Of a stretch of DNA of 51,408 bases, positions 36,022 to 49,249 are shown one piece after another. Source of the stretch: Octopus sinensis (taxonomy: Eukaryota). Within the stretch, counting starts at the first letter, position 1, and each line of letters opens with the position of its first letter. Below the pieces are notes generated by a model, which saw only the letters and a list, made by a program, of their open reading frames with translations, ran no database searches and was not told the origin of the DNA. The translations under genes and the position numbers were made by a program. The DNA is taken from assembly GCF_006345805.1 (NCBI RefSeq), contig NW_021834011.1:1-51408 (forward strand). Direction: 5' to 3'.

Positions 36022-36070
<49 letters not shown>

Positions 36071-36229
36071 GTATGAAGATTGGTTGTTACATGGTGCCAC
36101 ATGAGTGATATATGTTTCTCACCATCTCTAATATTATAAGATTCTGCGTAATTTGCAATTTGATTAAACTATAACACATCTGAAGTGATTATGGATGGCG
36201 ACAGTGTCCATGCAATTACTACAACTAAA

Positions 36230-36256
36230 AGTAGTGATGATGATGATGATAATATA

Positions 36257-36308
<52 letters not shown>

Positions 36309-36632
36309 TAAATAATAATGATGATGATTAATAATGACAATAATAATGATGATTATGATGATAATGATTAATGATAATCCTCTCTTCTGGAGGCACAAGG
36401 CCTCAAATTTCGTGGGTGGGGTCTAGTCGATTATATCGACCCCAGTGCGTAGCTGATATTTATTTTATCGACTCGAAAGGTTGAAAGGCAAAGTTGACCT
36501 CGGCGGAATTTGAATTCAGAATGGAAAACCAAACGAAATGCCGCTAAGCATTTTGCCTGGTCTGCGAATGATTCTGCAAGCTCACCATCGCCTTAAATAA
36601 GGATGAGGATGACGATGATGATGATGATGATG

Positions 36633-36669
<37 letters not shown>

Positions 36670-37221
36670 TGATTTACAATAATAATAATAATAATGATAA
36701 TATTAATAATAATGACAACAATACTGATAATATAATAATAATAATAATAATAATATAATATAATAATAATAATATAATAATGATAATAATAAAATATTAA
36801 GAATGACAGTGGTTTCTGATTTAGGCACAATGCCGATGATTTTGAGGAGAGATGTTAGGTTGATGTGACCACCCCTAACAGTTGACTGGGCCGTTTCTTT
36901 ATTGATATGAAAGGAAGAAAGCAATGCTTACTTAGGTGGCATTTAGTTCGCAAAATAAAGAACTGGAACAAATACCACAAACATTTTGTCATCAATGCTC
37001 TAAAAATTATAACAGGTTCACTATGTTAATGATAATTCTTTATAATTTTTAGCACGAGGCCAGCAATTTTAGGGGACTTCAGTGCTCAGCTGGTACTTAA
37101 TATATTAGTCCCCAAATGGCAAAGTCGACCTTGTCAGAATTTGATCTTAGAAAGTCAGGAATCAGAAGAAATGTCACTAAGAAATTTGTATAATGGGATA
37201 ATAATTCTGCAAGCAGATCCC

Positions 37222-37266
<45 letters not shown>

Positions 37267-37785
37267 TAATAATAATAATAATAGTAATAATAATAATCCT
37301 TTACATTACAGGTACAAGGCCTGAAATTTTTGGGGAGGAGACGAGTCGTTCATATCAATTCCCTGTGTTTCACTGTTACTTAATTTATCGACCCCGAAAG
37401 GAAGAAAGGCAAAGTCGACCTCAGTGGAATTTGAACTCAGAACTCAGAACGTAGTAACGGATGAAATATCACTAAGCAGTTCATCCAGCATGCTAATGAT
37501 TCTGCCAGCTCACAGCCTTAAAAAAATGATACTGATACTACTACTAATAATAATAATGATAATAATAATCTTTTCTACTAAAGGCACAAGGCCTGAAATT
37601 TGGGGGAGAGGGTGCTTATTTTGTCAACCCTCAAAAGGATGAAGGCGAAAGTCAACCTCAGTGAAATTTGAACCCAGAGCATAGCAACGGGCAACATACC
37701 ACTATGCATTTTGCCTCGTGTGCTAACGACCCTGCCAGCTTCTTGCCTAATAATAATAATGATAATAATAATAATAATAATAATG

Positions 37786-37849
<64 letters not shown>

Positions 37850-38114
37850 GAAGAAGAAAAAGAAGAAGAAGAATGGTTTCAAATTTTGCCACAAGGGCAG
37901 CAGTTTTGGGGGAGAGCATGAGTCGATTACATTGACTCCAGTGTACTCAACTGGTACTTATTTTATCAGGCCCCGAAAGGATGAAAAGCAGAGTCGATCT
38001 TGGTGGCATTTGAACTCAGAGCATAGCGATGGGCGAAATACCGTTAAGCATTTTGTCCAGCACACTAACGATTCTGCCAGCTTGTCACCTAATAATGATA
38101 ACAACAACAGCAAC

Positions 38115-38151
<37 letters not shown>

Positions 38152-38223
38152 TTAATAACAACAATAACAATAATAATAATAATAATGATAATAATAATAA
38201 GGATAATAATAATGATGATGATG

Positions 38224-38267
<44 letters not shown>

Positions 38268-38281
38268 TAATAATGATGATG

Positions 38282-38348
<67 letters not shown>

Positions 38349-38428
38349 TAACAATAATAATAGCAACAATAACAACAACAACAACAACAACAATAATAAT
38401 AATAATAATAATAATAATGATAATAATG

Positions 38429-38473
<45 letters not shown>

Positions 38474-38650
38474 TGGATAATAATTGTAATTGTAAAAATA
38501 AATTGAACAGAGATAAAAGAATGTTGTGTGACACTGATGATGATGATGACGATGATGATAACAATAGCAATGACCATAAGGATGATGCTGATGATAGAGA
38601 CTACGATGACTATGATGATGATGATGATGATGATGAAAACGATGATTTAA
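36230..38650 (-). mobile_element. Mosaic of five same-strand SINE-B copies embedded in (AAT)n/(GAT)n tracts
   Basis: Copies at about 36370-36595, 37020-37215, 37297-37520, 37570-37745 and 37865-38090. Confidence 0.85.
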
Positions 38651-38761
38651 AAATGTAACTAAAGTTAGGTATAATACAGAGATGTAGAAATCCAGTGTTA
38701 GCACTGTAGCTAAAAAAAAACATAACACTGTCATTTAGGACACTTCAGCAATAGCAGTCAT

Positions 38762-38786
38762 ACACGTAGTAGTAGTCGTAGTAGTC

Positions 38787-38817
<31 letters not shown>

Positions 38818-38873
38818 AAGTAGTAGTAGAAGTAGTAGTAGTAGTAGAAGTAGTAGTAGAAGTAGTAGTAGTA

Positions 38874-38904
<31 letters not shown>

Positions 38905-38927
38905 AAGTAGTAGAAGTAGTAGTAGTA

Positions 38928-38960
<33 letters not shown>

Positions 38961-39012
38961 ATATCAATAGCAATAATTGTAGTAATAATAGTAGTATTAG
39001 TAGTAGTAATTA
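38762..39012. repeat. (TAG)n microsatellite with periodic AAG interruptions
   Basis: Direct reading. Confidence 0.97.
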
Positions 39013-39397
39013 GAGCGATAAATATAATCATAATAACAATAATAATTTCATTTGTCTTCGGCGCAAGGCCAAGATTTTTCTGTTTTTTTTCCGTTTCTTT
39101 TTTTTATTCTTTCTTTTGTTTTTAGGGAAATGGATTTACATAGTTCCTTAAAAAAAGGAGAGTATGTCTGTGTATATATATATATATATATGTATATACA
39201 TAGTTCCTTGAGAAAGCATTCATTTTTTTTTTTTTTTTAGAGTTCCTTGAGTATAGGAACAAGTGGGGTTTTGTATATAGTTCCTTGAGAAAAAGATTTT
39301 AGATAGTTCTTTAACGAAGGGGTTTTATACTGTTCCTTGAGAAAGGGGATATACATATATATATTTATATATATATAAATATATATATGTGTGTGAG

Positions 39398-39467
<70 letters not shown>

Positions 39468-39564
39468 TATATATACATATATATATGTATATGTATATAC
39501 ATATGTATAGATATATATGTATATATATATAGTTCCTTGAATTGAGACCATTGTATTACCAGTG

Positions 39565-39725
39565 CTTATTATAATAACCCCCATAGAGATGAAAGGCAAA
39601 AATTGACCCACCCCCCACCCCACCCCACCGGCGGGAATTTGAATCTTGGAATATCCATCGGACGAACCTAAATGCTGCTGCAAAACATTTAGTTCGGTGC
39701 TCTGCCATTTTCTGCCAACGCGACG
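39565..39725 (-). mobile_element. SINE-B, degraded
   Basis: gatgaaaggcaaaaattgacc...ggcgggaatttgaatc. Confidence 0.6.
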
Positions 39726-40594
39726 CACCTTTACTCATTGTGCATTTTTTTTTCCTCTTTTGAAAATTATTACTATTATCATTTTTGAAGTTTTCTTTTT
39801 TTTCTTTCCGAGATACATTAGTAATAATAATAATAATAATAATAATAGTAATAACAATAACAATAAAAATAATGATAATAACCAGAATAACAACAAATGT
39901 AGTAGTAGTGGTTGCATTAGTAATGCTTGTGGTTGGTAGGGTTGTAGTAGAAACAAGGGTGAAATTATCAACTAGAAATTTCTAAAAATTTGTGATAGAT
40001 TTCTCAGTTTATCTTTATAAATGTTTGTGAAATCATTCATTTCAAGCTTAAATCTTTTGAATTTCATTCATTCATCTACTTATTTATTTGTGTATTTATT
40101 AGTTTATTTATCCATTCATTCATTCATTTATTTATTTATTCATTTATTTATGTGTCTTTTTATTTCTCCAAACTGTACTTCATACTGGTTTGCTATTTTT
40201 CTAACATAACGCAACAAGAAAGAAGGAATTCATTTTGTTATTAAAAGTTTTATATTTTTGCGAAAGCAAAATTTTATTTTTCTCCTTCCTTTTGCGTCCA
40301 TCTTTCCCTTTACACTCCTTTAAAGTTTATCATAGGAAGATATGAAAAGACTCAAGGATCCAATATTCTTGGCATCGATATTCAGAATCAACTTTCAAAT
40401 TTGTCTCTTCCTGTATATTTTTATAGTTATTTTATTTTTAAAGAAAATATAAAACTGTTCTAAAGAAAATACTAAATCATCCTTTGCTATTTAGAATTAT
40501 ACGATGCTAGTTTATTATTTGTTGGAGAATCTCTGATGATCGAAATGATAGTGTGCCTGACTGCCTGTGAGGTGTGCATGTGTGAATATATGCA

Positions 40595-40632
<38 letters not shown>

Positions 40633-40840
40633 TTTGTGTATGTGTGCATGCGTGCATGTGAATCTATATGAAATGTATTCTTTGGCCAAATCAAAGACAG
40701 TTAGACCATTAATGGTTAAGTTCACCTAGGTATAGGTCAGTACAAAAAGGGAGTCAGTACAGTTCATTGCCTGGCAAGTGTTTATCTGAGCTTGCAGTCA
40801 TTGTGATCACCTTCGCCCATAAATTTTGTAGACATCTTTG

Positions 40841-41068
40841 TAACCCTTTAGCATTTAACCTGGCCATATCTGGCCCAGATATTCTACTGCTTTTATGTTC
40901 AAACTGGTCAGATCCAGCTTCTCAGACCTATCCGACAATGTCGTTTTTAAAGTAAACAATCACATCATCAAAATCTCGAAGCTGTGAGATAATCCATGAT
41001 GAACTCAAAAGAATGGGAACAAATATGAATTACATTTGACAAAATAATCTGTACCCTAGAGGGTTTTA
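40841..41068. mobile_element. piggyBac-like non-autonomous element, degraded
   Basis: taaccctttagcattt at left; decayed ctagagggtttt at right. Confidence 0.4.
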
Positions 41069-41865
41069 AGAAGGATTGTTCTGCTTAGTTCTGCTGATTT
41101 CACTTGCTTTTTATGCTCTATATGAAGACCAAAAAAAAAAAAGATAAGTCTTCAGTGCTGCTACCCCTAATACCCATCAGATTTGGAAATAATTACAGAT
41201 AATTCAACATCCGAAAAAAAAAAAAATACGAAAAGAAATAAAGGCTCAGTTAAAAAAAAGAACCAGATTTAAATGGAAAGAGATTAGAAGTATTCAAGAC
41301 TAATAAATTACAGACTTCTTTCTTTTTTTGGTTTTGAAGGACTATGTTTGTGTAGTAAAATATTATAAAGCATTGAATATAAGTTAGACTAATCTTCAGT
41401 TTAAAATTTATGTTAATGAACCAGATTTTAAAAAATTTCTTTTTGTAGATGGACAGCGTTCTGAATCTTGGCATCTCTAAACAATCCCAGGAATATTCCA
41501 AAAGATTCTTAGTACCGTACATTCACATTTGTTTTGCTTTTTTTTTTATCTTTCACTAACCGAGCAGTTTCTTAATTTTTCTGTTCTCCTTTTGTGTTTT
41601 TGTCGTTAGACACACACCGTTAGAGCACACATGCGTATAACCACATACAAACAGAGGACGCATATGTGTGCGTGCGAGAGTGTGTATCTATATGTGTGTG
41701 TCTGTGGGTTGGTAGTTGTTAGGGTGCAGGTGTGATTGTATGCATGTATGAGACATGTAAACAAGCATATATAAATATAATACATCTACGTATGTAGTTT
41801 ATGTGAATACTAAAAAACATCTGAATAAGTTATTTATGTATGTGTGTGTGTATGTGTGCGTGTAT

Positions 41866-41896
<31 letters not shown>

Positions 41897-41972
41897 GCAC
41901 ATATATATATATATTTAGGTATATATGTATTCATATTCCTATTTACATATACACACATACATATATATATAC

Positions 41973-42012
<40 letters not shown>

Positions 42013-42202
42013 TATATATATGGGTGTGTATATGTGTGTATATAATATATTTATATGTGTGTGTGTGTGTTTTGTGTATAAAGACCGGGAGTAATGAGAA
42101 ACTCTGATTCATGGCTCATACAGACTCAGCTTTAAACAAACAATGCTATACACACACACATATATATATATAAATGTATATGTATATATGTATGTATTTG
42201 TG

Positions 42203-42245
<43 letters not shown>

Positions 42246-42859
42246 ATACACATACATATATATACATATATATTTATATACATATATGTAACTTATATAT
42301 ATATACATCTATATTGAAACATATATATTCATATACATGTATATAAACATATGTATCTATACACGCACACACACACACATACACATACACACATATATAT
42401 ATATGTACATATGTATACAGACATGTATGCACATATATATACATATATAAATAACATAACTATATCAACTGGATCAATGTAAACTCGCATTTAAAGAAAA
42501 AAGAATATATGAGTGAGGTATATATGTGTGTGCGTGTGCCTATGTAAGTGTATACATGTGCAGTTGTGTATACATTCTTGTAAGAATGTATATTATCAAG
42601 AATACTGTTTGAGAGAAGGCCACCAAAGTAACATACCCCAGAGCAATGCTCTGTATATGATTCTAACTTCTATGCATTTTCATTATAATAAAAGTAATAA
42701 TGATAATAATAATAATAATTATAAGAATAATAAAAGTAATAGAGATAATATCCTGCGTGTATATATATATATATATATATTTATGTATATATATAGTTAT
42801 ATATATGCCTATATATATATATGTGTGTATATATATATATATACATATATATATGTGTA

Positions 42860-42894
<35 letters not shown>

Positions 42895-42979
42895 GAATAT
42901 TGTGTTCATAATTTTATTTTCTCAAAGAACGACTATTATTATTATTATTTTCATTATTATTATTAATATTGATATTAAG

Positions 42980-43027
<48 letters not shown>

Positions 43028-43207
43028 ATTATTATTATTATTATTATTATTAAACGATGTGTCAATGCATTCTCCCCTCGGCAAAAAAAAATATAATAAT
43101 AATCGAATCCCTTTCACCCCAAAACATTTCCTTCCTCATTAAGTTTAGAATGTATTTAAGGGATAAGGGGCCATTATTTTGTATTTGCTACACACATACA
43201 TACAAGC

Positions 43208-43250
<43 letters not shown>

Positions 43251-43336
43251 TATATATATATATATTATAGAACATATATTTATATATATGGAACATATAT
43301 TTATGTATATATAGTTGTTATAAAACATATATATGT

Positions 43337-43378
<42 letters not shown>

Positions 43379-44099
43379 ACATCTATATATATATCTATAT
43401 ATATATGTTATATGTTTTGCGTTTGTTGTTTAAAGGTGGGGGTTAAGTGAGTTTCCTGGGAGGGAGATATTGAGGTTGTGTGTGCTTTTACTGATATTTA
43501 TTTTCTGGGGTTAGGGGAGGGGATTTGTCAGGGGAGTAGTATGGGCTGGGGGCACGTTGGATTGGGGATCATGTGTAAGTGCTGTGGGTGTGTTTTGGCC
43601 ATTTATGGTGACCAGTGATTTCGCTTTTTCATTTTTTTTAAAACTAACTAACTAATTAACTGTTAGCCAGCACATAGATGGATCTTGGAATTTTTAAAAC
43701 CACTTTACCAGAGATAATTTTATCCCATTGTTATCATCGTTATCATTATTAATATTATTATTATTGTTTATTTTTTTTTAATTTAAAAAAAATAAATCAG
43801 TTTTTCTCTTTTCGAATATGCAGGGTCTCCTTATTTATTTATTTATTTTTTATTTATTTATTGATAACCTTTCTTCGTCTCTATTAGAGCTGCCTGCCAT
43901 AATATTCCAATCCGAAGCAGTCTCCAGTCGTATCGTAATATCAGATCTATGGATGTCAGTGTACCATTCTTGTCTTCATTTTGTCTTTATTTCCTCAATT
44001 GAACTTCTCAAGTGAACCTGCTGATGTAGACAAATACAGATATAGTTTAGTTCCTTTTTATGTAGCATTCATATATACATAATATACAATATACCTATA

Positions 44100-44187
<88 letters not shown>

Positions 44188-44279
44188 ACATATATATGTA
44201 TATATATAAATATACATATATATATGTATATATATATTATATATATATATATATATAGTATATATATATATATTATATA

Positions 44280-44330
<51 letters not shown>

Positions 44331-44360
44331 GTATAGGTATACATAGATATATATGCAAAA

Positions 44361-44418
<58 letters not shown>

Positions 44419-45054
44419 CATTATGGATATATATCTTTATGTGTATGTATATATTTATCTTCATTCTTCTTCATTTGGTCATTCTTTTTTCTTTTGTTTC
44501 TGTAAAACTCAGCAGTTCACCGCACCTTCTCTTATCGCCATTGTTGACACCTTCAACAAGACCACCACCTTCTAACTCATCCAACATTCTGTTGAATATA
44601 TATGTGTGTAGAGGCGGCGGGCGGCAATGTTGAGTGAAGCTCTGATACATAACACGTGTATCATTTGAGAGGAGATTTTATTTTAATTTCTTTAAATTTA
44701 TTTTTTTTTCAGTCAATTCCAATTTTCTATTCTTTCCTTAAATTACTGGCACATTTGGCTATCATATCTGTGTGTGGCCGGTTGCTTGCTGGGGGGAGAG
44801 CATTTTTTTCCGCCGTTGTGGAGAATATTTTCGGTGGATGGCAAAATCTGAATGGGAGAACTGAACTTGTGAATCATTGTGTGGATTAGCAAGTTTGGAT
44901 ACTATTAAAGAGGGTAACACTTCGATTTGGTCCTGGAAAATTAAAAAGAAGAAAGAAAAAGAAAAATTAGAATTAGTCTGGTTAAAATAGCAATTTGTTT
45001 AATGGAAAGCTTACAAAATCTCAAATATCTTACTGTTCTTTTATTCTTTTATTC

Positions 45055-45630
45055 TTTACTACCCACAAGGGGCTACACACAGAGGGGACAAACAAGGACA
45101 GACAAATGGATTAAGTCGATTATATCGACCCCAGTGTGTAACTGGTACTTGTTTAATCGACCCCGAAAGGATGAAAGGCAAAGTTGACCTCAGCAGAATT
45201 TGAACTCAGAACGTAGCGGCAGACGGAATACCTATTTCTTTACTACCCACAAGGGGCTACACACAGAGGGGACAAACAAGGACAGACAAACGGATCAAGT
45301 CGATTATATCGACCCCAGTGTGTAACTGGTTCTTATTTAATCGACTCCGAAGGATGAAAGGCAAAGTTGACCTCAGCAGAATTTGAACTCAGAACGTAGC
45401 GTAGCGGTACAGGTCCTAACTCCACAAGGGGCAGGACTCACAGGACCAAGGACAGACAAACGGATTAAGTCGATTATTCTCGACCCACCCGTGTAGTGTA
45501 CTTATTTAATACTCCGAAAGGATGAAAGGCAAAGCCGACCTCGACAGAATTTGAACTCAGAACCTAGTGGCAGACAAAATACTGCTAAGCATTTCGCCCG
45601 GTATGCTAATGATTCTGCCAGCTCGCCACC
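45055..45630 (-). mobile_element. Tandem trimer of SINE-B (period about 184 bp)
   Basis: tttactacccacaaggggctacacacagagggg starts at 45055 and 45240; a third, decayed unit carries the only complete head. Confidence 0.9.
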
Positions 45631-45649
45631 TTTATTCTTTTATTCTTTT

Positions 45650-45785
45650 TTTCTTTTAGTTGTTTCAGTCATTTCACAGCAGCCAGTTCGAACCCAGGAT
45701 TTACTTTCTAAGCCTAGTACTTATTCTATCGGTCTCTTTGATGAACTGCTAAGTTACAGGAATGTAAACACAGCAACACTGGTTT
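45650..45785 (-). mobile_element. SINE-A 3' fragment
   Basis: aagcctagtacttattctatcggtctcttt...gaactgctaagttac. Confidence 0.75.
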
Positions 45786-46081
45786 GAATATGCCCCAAAG
45801 ATATTTGAACTGGTAATAATAACCTTGTATTTCTCCTATCACACTTTCATGGACCACTCTATCTACACAAGCCATTCTTGATTTAACTCTCTGTCCCTAT
45901 TCTTTCTCTACCTTTAGAGTACACCCTGATACCTCATCTGCATCATTCTTTCTCCCTTTCCTACTTCGTGGAGGCAGAATCTGAATGGGAGAATTGAACT
46001 TAGGGTGTTGGTCTCATGACTGTAAGACTGTGGTTTTGATTCTTGGATTGGGTGATGCATTGTGTTCTTGTGCAAAGCGTA

Positions 46082-46237
46082 AGAGTGGCTGTGTGGTAAG
46101 TAGCTTGCTTACGAACCACATGGTTCCGGGTTCAGTCCCACTGCGTGGCACCTTGGACAAGTGTCTTCTACTATAGCCTCGGGCTGACCAAAGCCTTGTG
46201 AGTGGATTTGGTAGATGGAAACTGAAAGAAGCTCGTC

Positions 46238-46291
<54 letters not shown>

Positions 46292-46525
46292 ATGTGTGTG
46301 TGTGTGTGTATATGTTTGTGTGTCTGTGTTTGTCCCCCCAACATCACTTAACAACCGATGCTGGTGTGTTTACGTCCCTGTAACTTAGTGGTTCGGCAAA
46401 AGAGACCAATAGAATAAGTACTAGACTTACAAAGAATAAGTCCTGGAGTAGATTTGCTAGACTAGGGGCAGTGCTCCAGCATGGCCACAGTTAAATGACT
46501 GAAACAAGTAAAAAGTAGAAGAGTA
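46082..46525 (+). mobile_element. SINE-A, full length
   Basis: All blocks intact with internal (TA)n(TG)n. Confidence 0.92.
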
Positions 46526-46584
46526 AACACTTCACTTCATGTTACCTCAGTCCACTCAGATGGCAAAAATGAGTAAATCTTGTG

Positions 46585-46686
46585 AGGGACTGGTGTCTCG
46601 TCCAGGTGGAGAATTTATACGCCATTGAAAATGGCAAGCTAGCCCTTTTGAGTTGGCATAACTTGAGAAGGTAACCTTTACCTTTC
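46585..46686 (+). mobile_element. SINE-C variant 1 3' tail ending in (ACCTTT)2
   Basis: ggactggtgtctcgtccaggtggagaatttatacgcca matches the tail of 702-1006. Confidence 0.6.
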
Positions 46687-46803
46687 CTACTGTGGTAGCC
46701 ATGTCTCTCGTCAACAGCAAATCACCTGTTATTGTCTTTCTATCATACTTTAGCATCTCAACACGTGGTACAAAAACATCTCCATTGATACTGCAATCGC
46801 ACT
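46682..46803 (-). CDS. Possible 122-nt internal exon (ECDCSINGDVFVPRVEMLKYDRKTITGDLLLTRDMATTVGK), product unknown
   Basis: ccttgacag acceptor, AAG|gtaaag donor, open frame, non-repetitive; but the donor derives from an antisense SINE tail. Confidence 0.22.
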
Positions 46804-46849
46804 CTGTCAAGGAGTCCAGTCTTGTGAGTTGAGTTGCTTGGTAATCTTA

Positions 46850-46960
46850 CTAGTGCTGGTGCCACAAAAAAGCACTCAATACACTCTGAAAAGTGTTTGG
46901 CATTTGGAAGAACATCAGCTGTAGAAATCTTGCCAAAAGAGACATAATACTGACAATGCT
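46850..46960 (+). mobile_element. Element D, degraded
   Basis: gtgctggtgccacaaaaaagcac...tttggcatttggaagaacatcagctgtagaaa. Confidence 0.55.
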
Positions 46961-47039
46961 GTCAAGCATTTGGCAGAAAGGCTTTGTATCCATCTGCCAG
47001 TCTTGAAAATGATGTAAATGTAGAAATATATGAGGCTGT

Positions 47040-47210
47040 AGCATAATCTATAACAAGTCAAAGCAATATACCTTCTCATACACACTGTCAATTTATCAAT
47101 ACACTTCTCTTACAAAGTGTACTTCAACCATCCCACTTTTGTCATTGACCCCAAAGAACATGTACTAACGAGGAGTTTGGCTAAAGCTCCCTTCCATCTT
47201 ATCTCTTGCA
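47040..47210 (-). pseudogene. RTE-like apurinic endonuclease fragment
   Basis: Minus strand reads CCVQEIRWKGALAKLL, matching the APE motif C.QE.RW.G. Confidence 0.5.
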
Positions 47211-47266
47211 CACAGCATACATTCATTTATATATAACATCATACCACACAGATAAAACAATTTACA

Positions 47267-47298
<32 letters not shown>

Positions 47299-47892
47299 AA
47301 ATGTTCTTATATTTATTGGAAGCTAAAAACATCACAATCATTAATTCAAATTTTGTTTCCAATCTTCAAACAATAGTATAGGGTAGAACAAAGATGGCAA
47401 GTATATATTATAAACGTACATAGGAAAATTACACAGGAACATCTTTAATAATAAAAAAAATAATTGCTTGAAATAAATTTCAGAAAAATTTTGTCAAGAA
47501 AAATGCAGAAAATATTTGAATAAAAAATCGGGGTTTTGCATTAGTAGTTATGAATATAGGGTTATATAAAGCAGGAGTGCTTTATAATAAAAGAATATAG
47601 AAAATTAATACAAAAAGGAATTTTGAAAAAGGTTTTCATGAAAAGAACTTCTATAACAAGATTTTTCCAAGGGGGAATAAAAAAAATAACGAAAGCTTCA
47701 TACTATGATTATATAAGTAAAATAATCGATAAACTATACATGGAGAATAGAGAGAAAATTTTAGAAAAAAATCCTAGCAAAAAATGGAAAAGACTTTCAT
47801 GAGATGCTCTAAGTATGGGTAACTGCTTCTGCATCAGTGACTTTTTTGGACATATAGCTGTGCATAGTTGCACATTCATAAATATAAATGTG

Positions 47893-47908
47893 CCTATCTA
47901 TCTGTCTG

Positions 47909-47983
<75 letters not shown>

Positions 47984-48091
47984 GTCTGTCTATCTATCTA
48001 TCTATCATCTATCTATCTATCTATCTATCTTTCTATTAATCTATCTGTCTATCTGTCTGTCTATCTGTCTATCTATCTATCTATCTATCTA

Positions 48092-48136
<45 letters not shown>

Positions 48137-48179
48137 AACATATACATCCATATATATATGTATATATCTATATACATGC

Positions 48180-48214
<35 letters not shown>

Positions 48215-48253
48215 CGTACATATATATATACATACATATATACATATATATAA

Positions 48254-48284
<31 letters not shown>

Positions 48285-48345
48285 TATGTATATATATATA
48301 TATGTGTGTGTGTATATATATATATATATGCATATGTATACAAAC
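47893..48345. repeat. (TATC)n followed by (TA)n compound microsatellite
   Basis: Direct reading. Confidence 0.97.
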
Positions 48346-48671
48346 ATGCACACAGACATAAATACATACGTATGCATGCATGCTTACATTTACAGGTAAA
48401 AGCAAACCCTGTGCATTTACATACATGCAATTTTTCCTGCACTAACACATTCACACGCATGCATTTTCCCACACCCTCACACATACACACCTATGTACAC
48501 ACACATGTACACTCATGCACGCATGCTTGAATACCCACTTGAAAGCATGTTCTGATATACACCCTCATGCAGCGATTTCCTTATAAACCAGTTCTCTACT
48601 GGGAACCCACACACATAAGGACATGAATGAGAACATAATAAGAATATAGAACACACCATATATATATTCTT

Positions 48672-48829
48672 TTACTCTTTTATTTGTTTCAGCCATATGA
48701 CTGTGGCCATGCTGGAGCACCGCATTTTAGCTGAAGAAATCGTCCCCTGAACTTATTCTTTGTTTCTTTGTAAGCCTGGTACGTATTCTATCAGTCTCTC
48801 TTCTGCCAAACTGCTAGGTCACAGGCATT

Positions 48830-48870
<41 letters not shown>
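48672..48870 (-). mobile_element. SINE-A 3' half
   Basis: gactgtggccatgctggagcaccgc...taagcctggtacgtattctatc. Confidence 0.8.
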
Positions 48871-48895
<25 letters not shown>

Positions 48896-49005
48896 CATGT
48901 CAAAGGAAAATGGAATTCAATTGAAATTAAAACATTCAATCAAAATTTACATTTCCAGTGGTCTAACGTGCAAAAAAAAATTAGTCAAGAAGACTATATA
49001 TTAGT

Positions 49006-49112
49006 TATACGATATAGTGTATATTTAAACACATAAGGAATCCTACTGTTCTTTCTAGCATGCTGAATTCCCTATAAGTAGATTCCTTATGTGTTTAAAT
49101 ATACACTATATC

Positions 49113-49117
<5 letters not shown>
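49006..49117. other. Perfect 37-bp inverted repeat with 38-nt spacer
   Basis: tatacgatatagtgtatatttaaacacataaggaatc (49006-49042) versus gattccttatgtgtttaaatatacactatatcgtata (49081-49117). Confidence 0.95.
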
Positions 49118-49170
<53 letters not shown>

Positions 49171-49249
49171 ATATAATATATATAATATAATTCTTTTATG
49201 ATTTCAATTATTTGAATGTGGCCATGTTGGAGCAATGATTTTAGTTGAA

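Noticed and set aside
38535-38645. Second Asp-rich frame within ORF 37958-38734 region
   Set aside because: Short, embedded in AAT microsatellite, no unique flanking codons; treated as decayed (GAT)n.
40330-41520. Short open frames after AG acceptors (near 40340 and 41449)
   Set aside because: No convincing donor sites or protein motifs.
43860-44030. Non-repetitive block with partial open frames
   Set aside because: In-frame stops follow the best acceptor; it resembles a decayed RTE segment more than an exon.
44500-44590. Possible minus-strand exon [21 protein letters not shown]
   Set aside because: Weak donor, phase incompatible with the 46682-46803 candidate, and similar to a decayed RTE C-terminus.
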